From: Candidatus Polarisedimenticolia bacterium
GTDB taxonomy: Bacteria; Acidobacteriota; Polarisedimenticolia; Gp22-AA2
Assembly: GCA_036005805.1 (NCBI GenBank)
Contig: DASYQE010000210.1
Coordinates: 17,061 to 81,060, forward strand
Direction: 5' to 3'
Length of the DNA stretch: 64,000 bases
Each line of letters starts with the position of its first letter. Position 1 is the first letter of the stretch. A program made the position numbers and the translations under genes. Below the pieces are notes generated by a model that worked only from the letters and a program-made list of their open reading frames with translations, was not told the origin of the DNA and did no database searches. Below, piece after piece: positions 1 to 11,789 of this stretch.

Positions 1-227
1 ATCACCGTCGCCATGCTCCCGGCGGCGATCGCCGCCGTGCACCCGAACGAACGGAAACGTGCTTCGATCACCTGATCCCCTTCGATCTTCATCCCGAACC
101 GCAGGACGTCGCCGTGCGCCGGGTCCCCCACCTGGGCCACGGCGGCGCTTCCTTCGACGTCCCCGACGTTGCGCGGGTGGCGGTAATGGTCCAGGAGCGT
201 CTCGCTGTACTCCCCGGGCCCGCTCAT
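1..227 (-). CDS. NifU/IscU-like Fe-S cluster scaffold; 5' end only, the 3' end runs off the window edge
   Basis: Reverse-strand translation from the ATG at 227 gives MSGPGEYSETLLDHYRHPRNVGDVEGSAAVAQVGDPAHGDVLRFGMKIEGDQVIEARFRSFGCTAAIAAGSMATV, which matches the IscU N-terminal domain. The ORF track does not list it because there is no stop codon in the window. Confidence 0.6.
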   Translation of the reverse strand, partial: MSGPGEYSETLLDHYRHPRNVGDVEGSAAVAQVGDPAHGDVLRFGMKIEGDQVIEARFRSFGCTAAIAAGSMATV

Positions 228-293
228 GCGCACCTCGAACGCTCCGATCCCACTCATGCTATTGCAGGCGCCACCACCGGGGCAACGGTGCTG

Positions 294-1361
294 TCAGCCG
301 CCGATCTGCCACATCTTGCGTGGCAGGCGCTCCCGGTACACCGCCGCCATGTCGAGGCTGCCCCCCGGCCCCTTGGCCTCGACCTCGGAGGACACGGCGC
401 GCACGAGATCCTCGTCGCTCCCTCCGCCGCGCAGGATGGGGCGCAGGTCGCGATCCCCCCGGGCGAACAGGCAGTTGCGGATCATCCCGTCCGCCGTCAG
501 GCGGATGCGATCGCAGCGCTCACAGAAAGGAGCGGTCACCGAGTTGATGAAGCCGATGTCGCCTTGGCCGTCGTCGAAGCGGTAGACCTCGGCCGGGGAC
601 GCGCCCCGCTCGCGTTCGACCCTCCGGAGCGGCCGGATCGCCTCGAGGCGCGCGCGCACCTCCGCCCCCGGGACGATGCGCTCGGCCTCGAACGCCTCCC
701 CCGCCCCGAGCGGCATCAGCTCGATGAAGCGGACCTGGCAACGCCTCGTGCGGGCGAGCTCGGCGAAGCGGGAGATCTCCTGGTCGTTGACCCCGCGGAT
801 CAGCACGACGTTCACCTTGATCGGCAGGGCGCCGAGCCGCTCCAGCTCGCCGAGCGCCGCGAGGACGCGGCCGAGGCCGTCACGGCGGCCGACCTTGACG
901 TAGGTCTCCGGATCGAGCGAGTCGATGTGCACGTTGAAGCGGCGCACGCCGGCACGGACCAGGCCTTCCGCCTGCTCCTCGAGCAGCAGGCCGTTGGTGG
1001 TCAACGCCAGGTCCTCGACGCCCGGAAGGGCCGACAGCATGCCGGCGAGGCGCGCGAGATCGCGCCGCACCAGCGGCTCGCCGCCGGTCAGGCGGATCTC
1101 GCGGACGCCGCGCGCCGCCAGCGGCCGCACCACGCGGACGATCTCCTCGAAGGTCAGCAGCTCGGATCGCTCGTACCAGGTGATCCCCGCCGCCGGCATG
1201 CAATACACGCAGCGCAGGTTGCAGCGGTCGGTCACCGAGACGCGCAGGCTGCGGACCGCCCGCCCGAAGCGATCGACGAGCGGCGCGCCCGGCGCGCAGG
1301 TCTTCCCCGCGGACAAGGCCGCCCGGGCGGCGCCGGAGACGGTGTGGGTCGGGGCGTTCAT
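294..1361 (-). CDS. moaA: GTP 3',8-cyclase MoaA (radical SAM, molybdenum cofactor biosynthesis)
   Basis: 355-aa ORF with the CNLRCVYC radical-SAM cysteine motif. The family-typical LRVSVTDRCN, TTNG and C-terminal GxxxxxCxxC motifs are present. Confidence 0.9.
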   Translation of the reverse strand: MNAPTHTVSGAARAALSAGKTCAPGAPLVDRFGRAVRSLRVSVTDRCNLRCVYCMPAAGITWYERSELLTFEEIVRVVRPLAARGVREIRLTGGEPLVRRDLARLAGMLSALPGVEDLALTTNGLLLEEQAEGLVRAGVRRFNVHIDSLDPETYVKVGRRDGLGRVLAALGELERLGALPIKVNVVLIRGVNDQEISRFAELARTRRCQVRFIELMPLGAGEAFEAERIVPGAEVRARLEAIRPLRRVERERGASPAEVYRFDDGQGDIGFINSVTAPFCERCDRIRLTADGMIRNCLFARGDRDLRPILRGGGSDEDLVRAVSSEVEAKGPGGSLDMAAVYRERLPRKMWQIGG

Positions 1362-1371
1362 GAACCGGATC

Positions 1372-1740
1372 TCAATCCTGCGGCGATGGCGGGTCGTCCG
1401 GGAAGGGGTCGAACTCCTCCTCGGCGGGAGCCACGGGCGCTTCCTTCTTCTTGAACAGCAGCCTCTCGACCGTCTGCCCCGCCTTCACGTGCCTCCGGAC
1501 GATCTCGGCGACATCACCGGGCTTCACGCCGCTGTAAACGACGCCTTCCGGATAGAGAATGACGTTCGGACCGTAGGTGCACAACCCGAAGCACAGGCAC
1601 TCGGTGTCCTTGACCGAGGTGCCGATCCCCTGGCGCACGAACTCCTTGCGGAATTCCTGCCGGATGCGCATCGAGCCGCGCTCGCCGCCGCAGCGGGGTC
1701 CGACGCAGATGAGGACGTGGCGGGAGTACGGAAGATTCAT
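1372..1740 (-). CDS. Thioredoxin-like (2Fe-2S) ferredoxin
   Basis: Cys pattern CVGPRC ... CLCFGLC typical of thioredoxin-like 2Fe-2S ferredoxins. Internal ATG (MNLPYSRH) chosen at 1740, which overlaps the upstream stop as ATGA. Confidence 0.7.
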   Translation of the reverse strand: MNLPYSRHVLICVGPRCGGERGSMRIRQEFRKEFVRQGIGTSVKDTECLCFGLCTYGPNVILYPEGVVYSGVKPGDVAEIVRRHVKAGQTVERLLFKKKEAPVAPAEEEFDPFPDDPPSPQD

Positions 1741-2201
1741 TCGACCTCGAGGACCGCCTGCAGCTGGAGGCACGCGTTCTGCGGCAGCTCGTCCACTCCG
1801 TGCGCCAGCCGCGTGTGCCTGCCGCGATCCCCGAAGACCTTGACGAACACCTCGGAGGCTCCTTCCATCACGCTGAACGCGTCGCTGAAACCGGGAGCGA
1901 CGGCGATGTGCCCGACCAGCTGCACGACCCGGCGGACGCGATCGAGATCGTCGATCGCCTGCTTGGCGGTCGCGAGGACGCTGAGGGCGGCGAGCCGCGC
2001 CGCCTCCGACCCCTGCTCGACCGTGACCTCGCGCCCGATGCGGCCGAGGTACTTGAGCTTGCCGCCTTCCTTGGGGAACTTTCCGGAGATGAAGAGGAGA
2101 TTCCCGGAGCGGACCGTCTGGACCCAGTTCCCCGTGGGCTTGCCGACCTCGGGAAGGCGCCAGCCGTTGGATTCGATCGTCTTCTCGATTTCACCAGGCA
2201 T
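1737..2201 (-). CDS. RidA/YjgF/TdcF family reactive-intermediate deaminase
   Basis: The C-terminal 154 aa of the long ORF match the RidA fold (GKFPKEGG...LPQNACLQLQAVLEVE). Start chosen at the ATG (MPGEIEK) preceded by a GGGAGGG Shine-Dalgarno. Confidence 0.7.
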   Translation of the reverse strand: MPGEIEKTIESNGWRLPEVGKPTGNWVQTVRSGNLLFISGKFPKEGGKLKYLGRIGREVTVEQGSEAARLAALSVLATAKQAIDDLDRVRRVVQLVGHIAVAPGFSDAFSVMEGASEVFVKVFGDRGRHTRLAHGVDELPQNACLQLQAVLEVE

Positions 2202-2354
2202 CGGATTCGTCCCTCCCGCGCCCCGGCAAACGGCTGCCGCGAGCGTCCCCGCGTTGTCGTTGCGTGTCATCTTAGCAGACTCCGCGAGGGGGAGAGGCGC
2301 AGGAAACGGCGCTGCGAGCCGTCTTGAGAGCCTCTCTCCCGAGGCGGAGCGGCG

Positions 2355-5653
<3,299 letters not shown>

Positions 5654-6610
5654 ATGCCGCGCGACATCGCCCGGCGCGTGCTCGAGCTCGAGGCCCGGGC
5701 GATCCTCGACCTCGTGCCGCGCCTCGACGCCTCCTTCGATCGCGCCGTGGAGATTCTCGCCGCCTGCCAGGGCCGCGTCGTGGTCACCGGCATGGGGAAG
5801 TCGGGTCTCATCGGCGCGAAGATCGCCGCGACGTTCTCGAGCACCGGGACGCCGTCGACCTTCCTCCATCCTGCCGAGGCGGTGCATGGCGACATCGGGA
5901 TGCTGGTCTCGGGAGACGTGGTCCTGGCGATCTCGTCGAGCGGCGAAACCGAAGAGCTGGTGCGGCTCCTCGAAATCCTCAAGCGCCTCGACGTGCGTCT
6001 CGTGGCGCTGACCGGCGGGCGCGACTCCACCCTGGCGCGGCACGCCCAGGCCGCCCTGGACGTGGGGATCGAGCGCGAGGCGTCGCCGCTCGGGCTCGTG
6101 CCGACGGCGAGCACCACGGCCGCGCTGGCCATGGGCGACGCACTGGCGATGGCGCTCGTGGAGCGCCGCGGGTTCACCCTGGACGACTTCGCGCGCAACC
6201 ATCCCGGGGGCCGTCTCGGCCGCAAGGTGCTGACGGTCGGGCACCTCATGCACGCCGGGGACGCGGCGCCGCGGGTGCGCCTGGGTGCGGCGCTGTCGGA
6301 GGCGCTGCGCGTCATGAGCGATGGCCGCCTGGGGATGGCGGTGGTGGTCTCCGAGTCGGGCGGCCTCGAGGGGGTGATCACCGACGGAGATCTGCGGCGC
6401 GCGCTCCTGCGCGGCGGCGAACCGCACCGCATGCGGGTGGACGACGCGATGGGCCGCAACCCCGTCACCATCGCCCGCGAGGATCTCGCGGCCGCGGCAC
6501 TCAGCCTCATGGAGTCGCGCAAGATCACCTCGCTCGTGGTCCTCGGGCCCGATCGCCGGGTCGAGGGGGTGCTGCACCTCCACGATCTGTGGCGCACGCA
6601 GCTGTTCTGA
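5654..6610 (+). CDS. kdsD: Arabinose-5-phosphate isomerase (SIS domain plus tandem CBS)
   Basis: VVVTGMGKSGLIGAKI SIS motif followed by two CBS domains. The ATG immediately follows the kdsA stop. Confidence 0.85.
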   Translation: MPRDIARRVLELEARAILDLVPRLDASFDRAVEILAACQGRVVVTGMGKSGLIGAKIAATFSSTGTPSTFLHPAEAVHGDIGMLVSGDVVLAISSSGETEELVRLLEILKRLDVRLVALTGGRDSTLARHAQAALDVGIEREASPLGLVPTASTTAALAMGDALAMALVERRGFTLDDFARNHPGGRLGRKVLTVGHLMHAGDAAPRVRLGAALSEALRVMSDGRLGMAVVVSESGGLEGVITDGDLRRALLRGGEPHRMRVDDAMGRNPVTIAREDLAAAALSLMESRKITSLVVLGPDRRVEGVLHLHDLWRTQLF

Positions 6611-6626
6611 TCTCGCGGGGGAATCC

Positions 6627-7166
6627 GTGACTTGCCGCAAGCCGTTCGGCGCGCGCGCGCGCCGCGTGACGCTTCTGCTGATGGACGTGGACGGCGTGCT
6701 CACCGACGGTCGCCTGGGTCTCGGCGATCACGGGCACGAGGTGCGCCGCTGGCACGTCCGCGACGGCTCGGGGATCGTGCTCGCCCGGCGCGCGGGGCTC
6801 CAGGTGGGATTCCTGTCGGGACGCGGCGACGCCGGAGTGCGCCGGCGCGCGCGCGAGCTGGGCGTGGACGAGGTCCACCTCCGCGCGCGCGACAAGGGCG
6901 CGGTCTACGAGGACATCCGCGGGCGGCTCGGCCTCGAGGACCGGGCCGTGTGCTACATCGGCGACGACCTGGTGGATCTGCCGGTGCTCCGGCGGGTGGG
7001 CGTCCCGGTGGCGGTCGCCGACGCCCACGCGGAGGTGCGGCGCCGTGTTCCCTTCGTCACGGCGGCCAGAGGCGGCGATGGAGCGGTGCGCGAGGTGATC
7101 GACGCGGTCCTGCAGGCGCAGGGACGCATGCCGGAAATCCTGGCCTGGTTCGAGGGGGAGCGATGA
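6627..7166 (+). CDS. kdsC: Kdo-8-phosphate phosphatase (HAD superfamily)
   Basis: LLMDVDGVLTDG HAD motif I and about 180 aa of KdsC-like sequence. Confidence 0.8.
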   Translation: MTCRKPFGARARRVTLLLMDVDGVLTDGRLGLGDHGHEVRRWHVRDGSGIVLARRAGLQVGFLSGRGDAGVRRRARELGVDEVHLRARDKGAVYEDIRGRLGLEDRAVCYIGDDLVDLPVLRRVGVPVAVADAHAEVRRRVPFVTAARGGDGAVREVIDAVLQAQGRMPEILAWFEGER

Positions 7167-7501
7167 ACATCCTCGTCTATCTTCTCGTCTGCCTGTTCTT
7201 CATCCTGCTGTTCGTCGTCGGCATCTACAACACCGAGGACGTCACGGTGAACCTGATCCTCTGGCACGCCGGCCCCGCGCCGATGGGGGCGGTCATCGCC
7301 ACGGCGGCCATCCTCGGGATCGCCTTCGCGTGCGCCATCGGGATCCTCGATGGCATCAAGATCCGCATCGCCAACCGGCAGCTGCGGCGCCAGCTGCAGC
7401 GGCTGGACGAGGAATGCGACGCGCTGCGGCTGCAGCTCGCGCGGCACCAGGGACCGACGGCGCCGGTTGCGGGAGAAAAGGAAAAGGCCCGGTCGTTCTG
7501 A
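7163..7501 (+). CDS. LapA/YciS-like LPS assembly protein (DUF1049, two transmembrane helices plus coiled coil)
   Basis: 112 aa with a TM helix, NTEDVTVNL, a second TM helix, then RQLRRQLQRLDEE. The ATG overlaps the kdsC stop as ATGA. Confidence 0.55.
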   Translation: MNILVYLLVCLFFILLFVVGIYNTEDVTVNLILWHAGPAPMGAVIATAAILGIAFACAIGILDGIKIRIANRQLRRQLQRLDEECDALRLQLARHQGPTAPVAGEKEKARSF

Positions 7502-7533
7502 CCGGGCCTTCGGATCCGCGAAACGGTTCGGGT

Positions 7534-8259
7534 CTACTTCCTGAAGACGTGCTGGTCTCCCGGCTCGTCGGAGGGGTTGCCCTTGGACGACGGCACCGCG
7601 ATGTAGCCCGGAGGAATCGGGCTGTCCATCAGGTTGACGGCGCTCTCCGCCAGGAAGGTCGTGGTCATCGTCCGGCTGACCGGTCCGTCGGGCGTCTGGT
7701 AGCTCACCGTGATGTCGTCCCCGTTGAGCAGCGCGAGCGGCGACCGGCTGTCGATGTTCTCCTCGCTCAGCCGCAGCGGCGCCGTCCAGACCCCGCGCGC
7801 CATGGTCACGAAGAGAACGCGCCGATCGCGCGCCCCCTCGGTGTAGAAAACGTAGGGCACGCCGGAGGCGTCGAACAGCAGCCGCGGCTCGATCTGGTCG
7901 TAACCCATCAGATCGCTCCGGGCGATGCGGGTCGCGTCGGTCCAGGCGAAGCCGTTCCACGCCGAGACGACCAGGCGCTTGCGGTTGCCGTCGTTCTGCG
8001 GCCAGATGGCCCAGGGCTGCCCGGTCCTGGGATTCGTCGCGATGACGGGGGCGAGGTCGCCGTAGGTGTCGCCGAGCGGATTGAGAAGCTGCGCCGCCGG
8101 AACATGGCCGCGCACCTGCCGCCAGATCCGCCCGCCTTTCGTGAGCGTGACGACCCGGACGACCTTGCCCTCGGCGTCGACCTGCACCGAAACTTCGGCG
8201 CGGGCGAGAGCCGGCGCCAGCAGTGCGATCGCGAAAACGGCCCCGACGAAGCGCTTCAT
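7534..8259 (-). CDS. Secreted hypothetical protein with a signal peptide
   Basis: MKRFVGAVFAIALLAPALARA signal peptide and no recognised domain. Its start overlaps the stop of the upstream regulator gene by 4 nt. Confidence 0.55.
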   Translation of the reverse strand: MKRFVGAVFAIALLAPALARAEVSVQVDAEGKVVRVVTLTKGGRIWRQVRGHVPAAQLLNPLGDTYGDLAPVIATNPRTGQPWAIWPQNDGNRKRLVVSAWNGFAWTDATRIARSDLMGYDQIEPRLLFDASGVPYVFYTEGARDRRVLFVTMARGVWTAPLRLSEENIDSRSPLALLNGDDITVSYQTPDGPVSRTMTTTFLAESAVNLMDSPIPPGYIAVPSSKGNPSDEPGDQHVFRK

Positions 8260-9449
8260 GCGTGCACCACACCCTTCCCGCCTTCGATGAAGCGATCGAA
8301 CTGCTCCACCTCGGCGAAGCGACGGTCCAACTGCGGCCGGAGGAACTTGAGCCGGCCGAAGTACACCTTCTCCTGCACCTGGTTGCCGGCCGAACGCGCC
8401 ATGTCCCAGAGGTGATAGGCGGTCTGGAAGAGGATGTCCACGTAGCGCTCTTCGCCACCGTGCGCCATCATCTCGGCCTGCTCGAACAGGTCGCGGGCCT
8501 TTCTCTCGTCGCGCCTCAGCTCGTGCACCTGCCCCATGTAGAGGAGCGCATAGGACGCGCAGCGCCGGTAGCCCTCACGCTGGGCGACCTGCAGCGCCTC
8601 CGACAACTCGCGCAGGCCCCGCTCCACCTTCCCGACGCGGGCGTGGCACAGGCCGATGTTGGTGCGGATGAGGGTGAGATCGTGTTTCGTGACCACCGGC
8701 TCGAGCCGGGTGCGGGCCTCGCGGAAGCTCTCGAGGGCCTTCTCGAACTCGCCCTGCTCGAACTGGATCCGGGCGACCCGGTGCAGCGCGTAACCCTCGT
8801 ACTCCAGGTTGCCGGCGGCGCGGGCGATGTCCAGGCTCTTTTCCGCCTCGAGCACCGCCAGGTAGGCGTCCCCCTTGTCGGCGTGGGCGTCCGCGAGGCA
8901 CAGGAGCACGAGCGCCGTCGTCTCCGGCTGGATCTCACGGTGACGCCGGAGAATGATGCGCAGCTCGGTCTCGGCCAGGCTGATCTTGCCCATCCTCAGG
9001 AGGGACCGGGCGAGGTTGAACCGGGCCCGCGCCAGGACGTCCGGCGCGACCGATTCCTCGACCCCCGATTCCAGCCGGGCGAGGGCCTTCTCGTAGACCG
9101 AGTAGGCGCGGGCGAAATTCCCCTGCTCCCACTCGCGGTTCCCCTCCGACCTCAGCGCCTCGTAGCTGGCGGCCTCGGCCGGCTCGAAAGGCTCGACCTT
9201 CTCGAGCTCCAGAAGGTCGGAGAAGTTCTGGATCGAGACGTTGAAGATGTTGGCCAGCAGGCACAGCTTGTCGAACGACGGGTAGCAGATCCCGCGTTCG
9301 TAGCGCGACAACTGGGAGTTGTCGATCTCCCCTCCCTCCTGCCGGGCTTTGTCCTCCACCCGCCGGAGAGAGAGTCCGTAGCCGGTGCGCAGCCTGCGCA
9401 GGTAGTTCCCCAGCCGTTGGCTGCCTCGAATTTCGCCTTCAAGTTCCAT
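8256..9449 (-). CDS. XRE-family helix-turn-helix transcriptional regulator with a C-terminal TPR domain
   Basis: N-terminal HTH (LGNYLRRLRTGYGLSLRRVEDK...LSRYERG) followed by repeated TPR-like helices. Confidence 0.75.
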   Translation of the reverse strand: MELEGEIRGSQRLGNYLRRLRTGYGLSLRRVEDKARQEGGEIDNSQLSRYERGICYPSFDKLCLLANIFNVSIQNFSDLLELEKVEPFEPAEAASYEALRSEGNREWEQGNFARAYSVYEKALARLESGVEESVAPDVLARARFNLARSLLRMGKISLAETELRIILRRHREIQPETTALVLLCLADAHADKGDAYLAVLEAEKSLDIARAAGNLEYEGYALHRVARIQFEQGEFEKALESFREARTRLEPVVTKHDLTLIRTNIGLCHARVGKVERGLRELSEALQVAQREGYRRCASYALLYMGQVHELRRDERKARDLFEQAEMMAHGGEERYVDILFQTAYHLWDMARSAGNQVQEKVYFGRLKFLRPQLDRRFAEVEQFDRFIEGGKGVVHA

Positions 9450-9468
9450 GGTTCTCGACCTCCGCTGC

Positions 9469-9535
9469 CCTCGGGCGAATTCCGGACCACCTGCCTCCGA
9501 CCCACCGGCCAGGGGATCGAGGCGAATTGCCCGAG
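9469..9535. promoter_or_regulatory. Repeated GGCGAATT half-sites forming an imperfect inverted repeat (CTCGGGCGAATT ... AATTGCCCGAG), a candidate operator for the adjacent XRE regulator
   Basis: Repeat seen directly in the sequence. It lies 20 to 85 nt upstream of the regulator's start codon, in the divergent intergenic region. Confidence 0.25.
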
Positions 9536-9688
9536 AGGGTGCGGTGATGGGCCCGCCCTGTCAAGAAAGGATTGTAACTCCATCGCGGGGCGGGTGCAGC
9601 ATCCTCCAATAGGTATCCTCAACCGCCGGGCTCAGGCTTGACTTCCCGCCCCGGGGGTCCCTACCTTCCCGCCTCGGGGGAAAGGCCC

Positions 9689-10423
9689 ATGCTCGCTGCC
9701 AAGTCCCACGTTCGGGAAGGGATCCTGTCGAGCGCCACGTTCCCAGCCCTCCTCTATTCCATCCTCAAAAGGGCCGACACCGGGGTCCTCACCCTGACCG
9801 GCGAGATCAGCGAAAAGACCATCTACGTCCAGGACGGGCGGCCCATCTTCGCCACCTCGAACGACCGGGACGACCGGCTCGGGCAGGTCCTCTTCAAGAC
9901 GGGGCAGGTCTCGCTCGACGGCCTGATGAACGCCGTCGAGGTGTCGGTCAAGTCCGGAAAGCGGCTGGGCACCGTGCTGGTCGAGCAGGGCCTGATCCAG
10001 CCGCACGAGCTCGTGGAAGGGGTGGGCGTCCAGGTCCGCTCCATCATCCACAGCCTCTTCCTCTGGACGCGCGGCAGCTACCGGTACGCGCCCGGGCCGC
10101 TTCCCACGGACGAGGTCATCACGCTGAAGCTCAGCCCGGGCGATCTCATTCTCGAGGGAATCCGCACCATCGACAGCTGGGGACGCATCTGGGAGGCGGT
10201 GGGCCCGCTCGAAGCGACCTACAAGACGACCGAGCGTCTCGAAACCCTGGTGAAGGACATGACCCTGTCGCTCGAGGAGTGGAACCTGCTGTCGCATTGC
10301 GAACAGCCGGTCCACCTGAAGGATCTCTGCCGGCTCTCTCCGGTCGCCGACTTCGAGATCTGCAGGTTCCTCTGGGCGGCGCAGACACTGGGCATCGTGC
10401 AGCGCGGCTCAGGTCGCGACTGA
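9689..10423 (+). CDS. DUF4388-like domain protein of unknown function
   Basis: The N-terminal roughly 100 aa (GVLTLTGE...TIYVQDGRPIFATSNDRDDRLGQVLFKTGQVSLDGL) resemble DUF4388; the family assignment is from memory. Start taken at the ATG preceded by GGGGGAAAGG. Confidence 0.5.
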   Translation: MLAAKSHVREGILSSATFPALLYSILKRADTGVLTLTGEISEKTIYVQDGRPIFATSNDRDDRLGQVLFKTGQVSLDGLMNAVEVSVKSGKRLGTVLVEQGLIQPHELVEGVGVQVRSIIHSLFLWTRGSYRYAPGPLPTDEVITLKLSPGDLILEGIRTIDSWGRIWEAVGPLEATYKTTERLETLVKDMTLSLEEWNLLSHCEQPVHLKDLCRLSPVADFEICRFLWAAQTLGIVQRGSGRD

Positions 10424-11575
10424 GTCGTCCTCGCCGACCGAGCCCAGAAGCTCTTCGCCGCTCAAGGCCGCCGTCCCCAGCTTCCCGACCACCACACCGG
10501 CAGCGTGATTCGCCAGGACGACCGCTTCGATCATCGAGGCGCCCGCGGCCAGGGCCAGCGCCAGGGTGGCGACCACGGTGTCCCCCGCCCCGCTGACGTC
10601 GAAGACCTCGCGCGCCCGAGCGTGAACCGCGACCGGCTTTCCTTCGCCGGGCAGGAGGAGCATGCCGCGCTCGCCTCGCGTGATCAGCAGCCAGGGCGAC
10701 TCCAGGCGCTTCTGCAGCGCCCGGCCGGCCGCCTCCAGATCCCCTTCGGTGCGGACCGGCTTCCCCCAGGCCTCGGCCGTCTCGCGCGCGTTCGGTGTGA
10801 CCACGGTCGCCGGACGGTAATGGTCCATGAGGCGCGTCTTGGGATCGACCACCACCGGGATGCGGCGGCGCGACGCCTCCTCGAGCAGCGGCTTCAGGAG
10901 CGCCGGCGCGATCGCCCCCTTGTCATAGTCGGACACGATCAGCGCCTGCGCCTCTTCCAGCATGGCCAGCGCCTTGCGCGCCAGCCCTGCCGTCACGGAA
11001 GCCTCGACCGGCGCGTCCTCCTCGCGATCGAAACGGACCACGTGCTGATGGTGCGCCACGATGCGGGTCTTCACCGTCGTCGGGCGTCCCGGCACGGCGA
11101 GGATTCCATCTGGCGACAGGCCCGCCCCGGCGCAGAGATCATGCAGGTCCCGTCCGTCCGCGTCCTCCCCCACCAGACCGGCGAGCATTGCCGCGCCGCC
11201 GAGGGCGACGGTGTTGCGCGCCACGTTGCCGGCGCCCCCGAGCGACGCGCTGCGGCGCTCCTCGCGCACGATGGGGACGGGCGCCTCCGGGGAGATGCGG
11301 GTGACGCTGCCCCAGATGAAGCGGTCGATCATGAGATCCCCCACCACGGCGACGCGCGCCTGTGCGAATCGGGTGACGAGATCCCGGGCTCGGGCGAGCG
11401 GCACCCGGACGCCGGACGGCGCCGGCCGGCTCAGGCGCCCCTCCGGCCCTCCGGCTCGATCGTGGCCTCTTCGACCAGCATCACCGGAATGTCGTCGATG
11501 ATCGGATAACGCCGGCCGCACGATGCACAGCGCAGAGCGGCGCCGTCGGGGGTCGGCGTCACCCCGGTCCGGCAC
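10409..11575 (-). CDS. D-glycero-beta-D-manno-heptose-7-phosphate kinase (RfaE domain I, PfkB carbohydrate kinase)
   Basis: VAVVGDLMIDRFIWG, GGAGNVA and DVSGAGDT motifs. The true start may be the GTG near 11410, because the first roughly 55 aa look like non-coding translation. Confidence 0.75.
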   Translation of the reverse strand: MPDRGDADPRRRRSALCIVRPALSDHRRHSGDAGRRGHDRAGGPEGRLSRPAPSGVRVPLARARDLVTRFAQARVAVVGDLMIDRFIWGSVTRISPEAPVPIVREERRSASLGGAGNVARNTVALGGAAMLAGLVGEDADGRDLHDLCAGAGLSPDGILAVPGRPTTVKTRIVAHHQHVVRFDREEDAPVEASVTAGLARKALAMLEEAQALIVSDYDKGAIAPALLKPLLEEASRRRIPVVVDPKTRLMDHYRPATVVTPNARETAEAWGKPVRTEGDLEAAGRALQKRLESPWLLITRGERGMLLLPGEGKPVAVHARAREVFDVSGAGDTVVATLALALAAGASMIEAVVLANHAAGVVVGKLGTAALSGEELLGSVGEDDSVAT

Positions 11576-11619
11576 GCGGGACAGGCGAGGATTTCGAGCA
11601 GTTTCGGGTCGATCGGCAA
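11431..11619 (-). CDS. Trm112/UPF0434 (YcaR-like) small protein
   Basis: IDPKLLEILACPACRTG...CASCGRRYPIIDDIPVMLVEEA matches the DUF343/Trm112 fold. The proposed start is a TTG after GGAGG, giving 63 aa. The 126-aa ORF in the track would overlap the divergent GT9 gene. Confidence 0.6.
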   Translation of the reverse strand: MPIDPKLLEILACPACRTGVTPTPDGAALRCASCGRRYPIIDDIPVMLVEEATIEPEGRRGA

Positions 11620-11640
11620 GGGGCCTCCGGAGCGACAGCG

Positions 11641-11670
11641 CTTATAGCACCCGCTGAAAAATCCTGTCAA
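11641..11670 (-). promoter_or_regulatory. Sigma-70-like promoter TTGACA-N18-TATAAG upstream of the Trm112-like gene
   Basis: Hexamers read from the reverse complement of 11641 to 11670. GGAGG and the TTG start follow about 20 nt downstream. Confidence 0.4.
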
Positions 11671-11789
11671 ACCGAGCGCCCGGGTGTCCCCCGGGATCGG
11701 AACGGAGCGGCGCCGGGAGCTGACCGGGGCCGCCGACGGATCGCCCGCGGCGAAGCGGAACGCAACAGGCCTGCTAACATCCCGCCGCC

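Noticed and set aside
7502-7533. Bidirectional terminator between the lapA-like gene and the convergent secreted-protein gene
   Set aside because: Only a short imperfect palindrome around GGATCC with no U-run. It is too weak to call.
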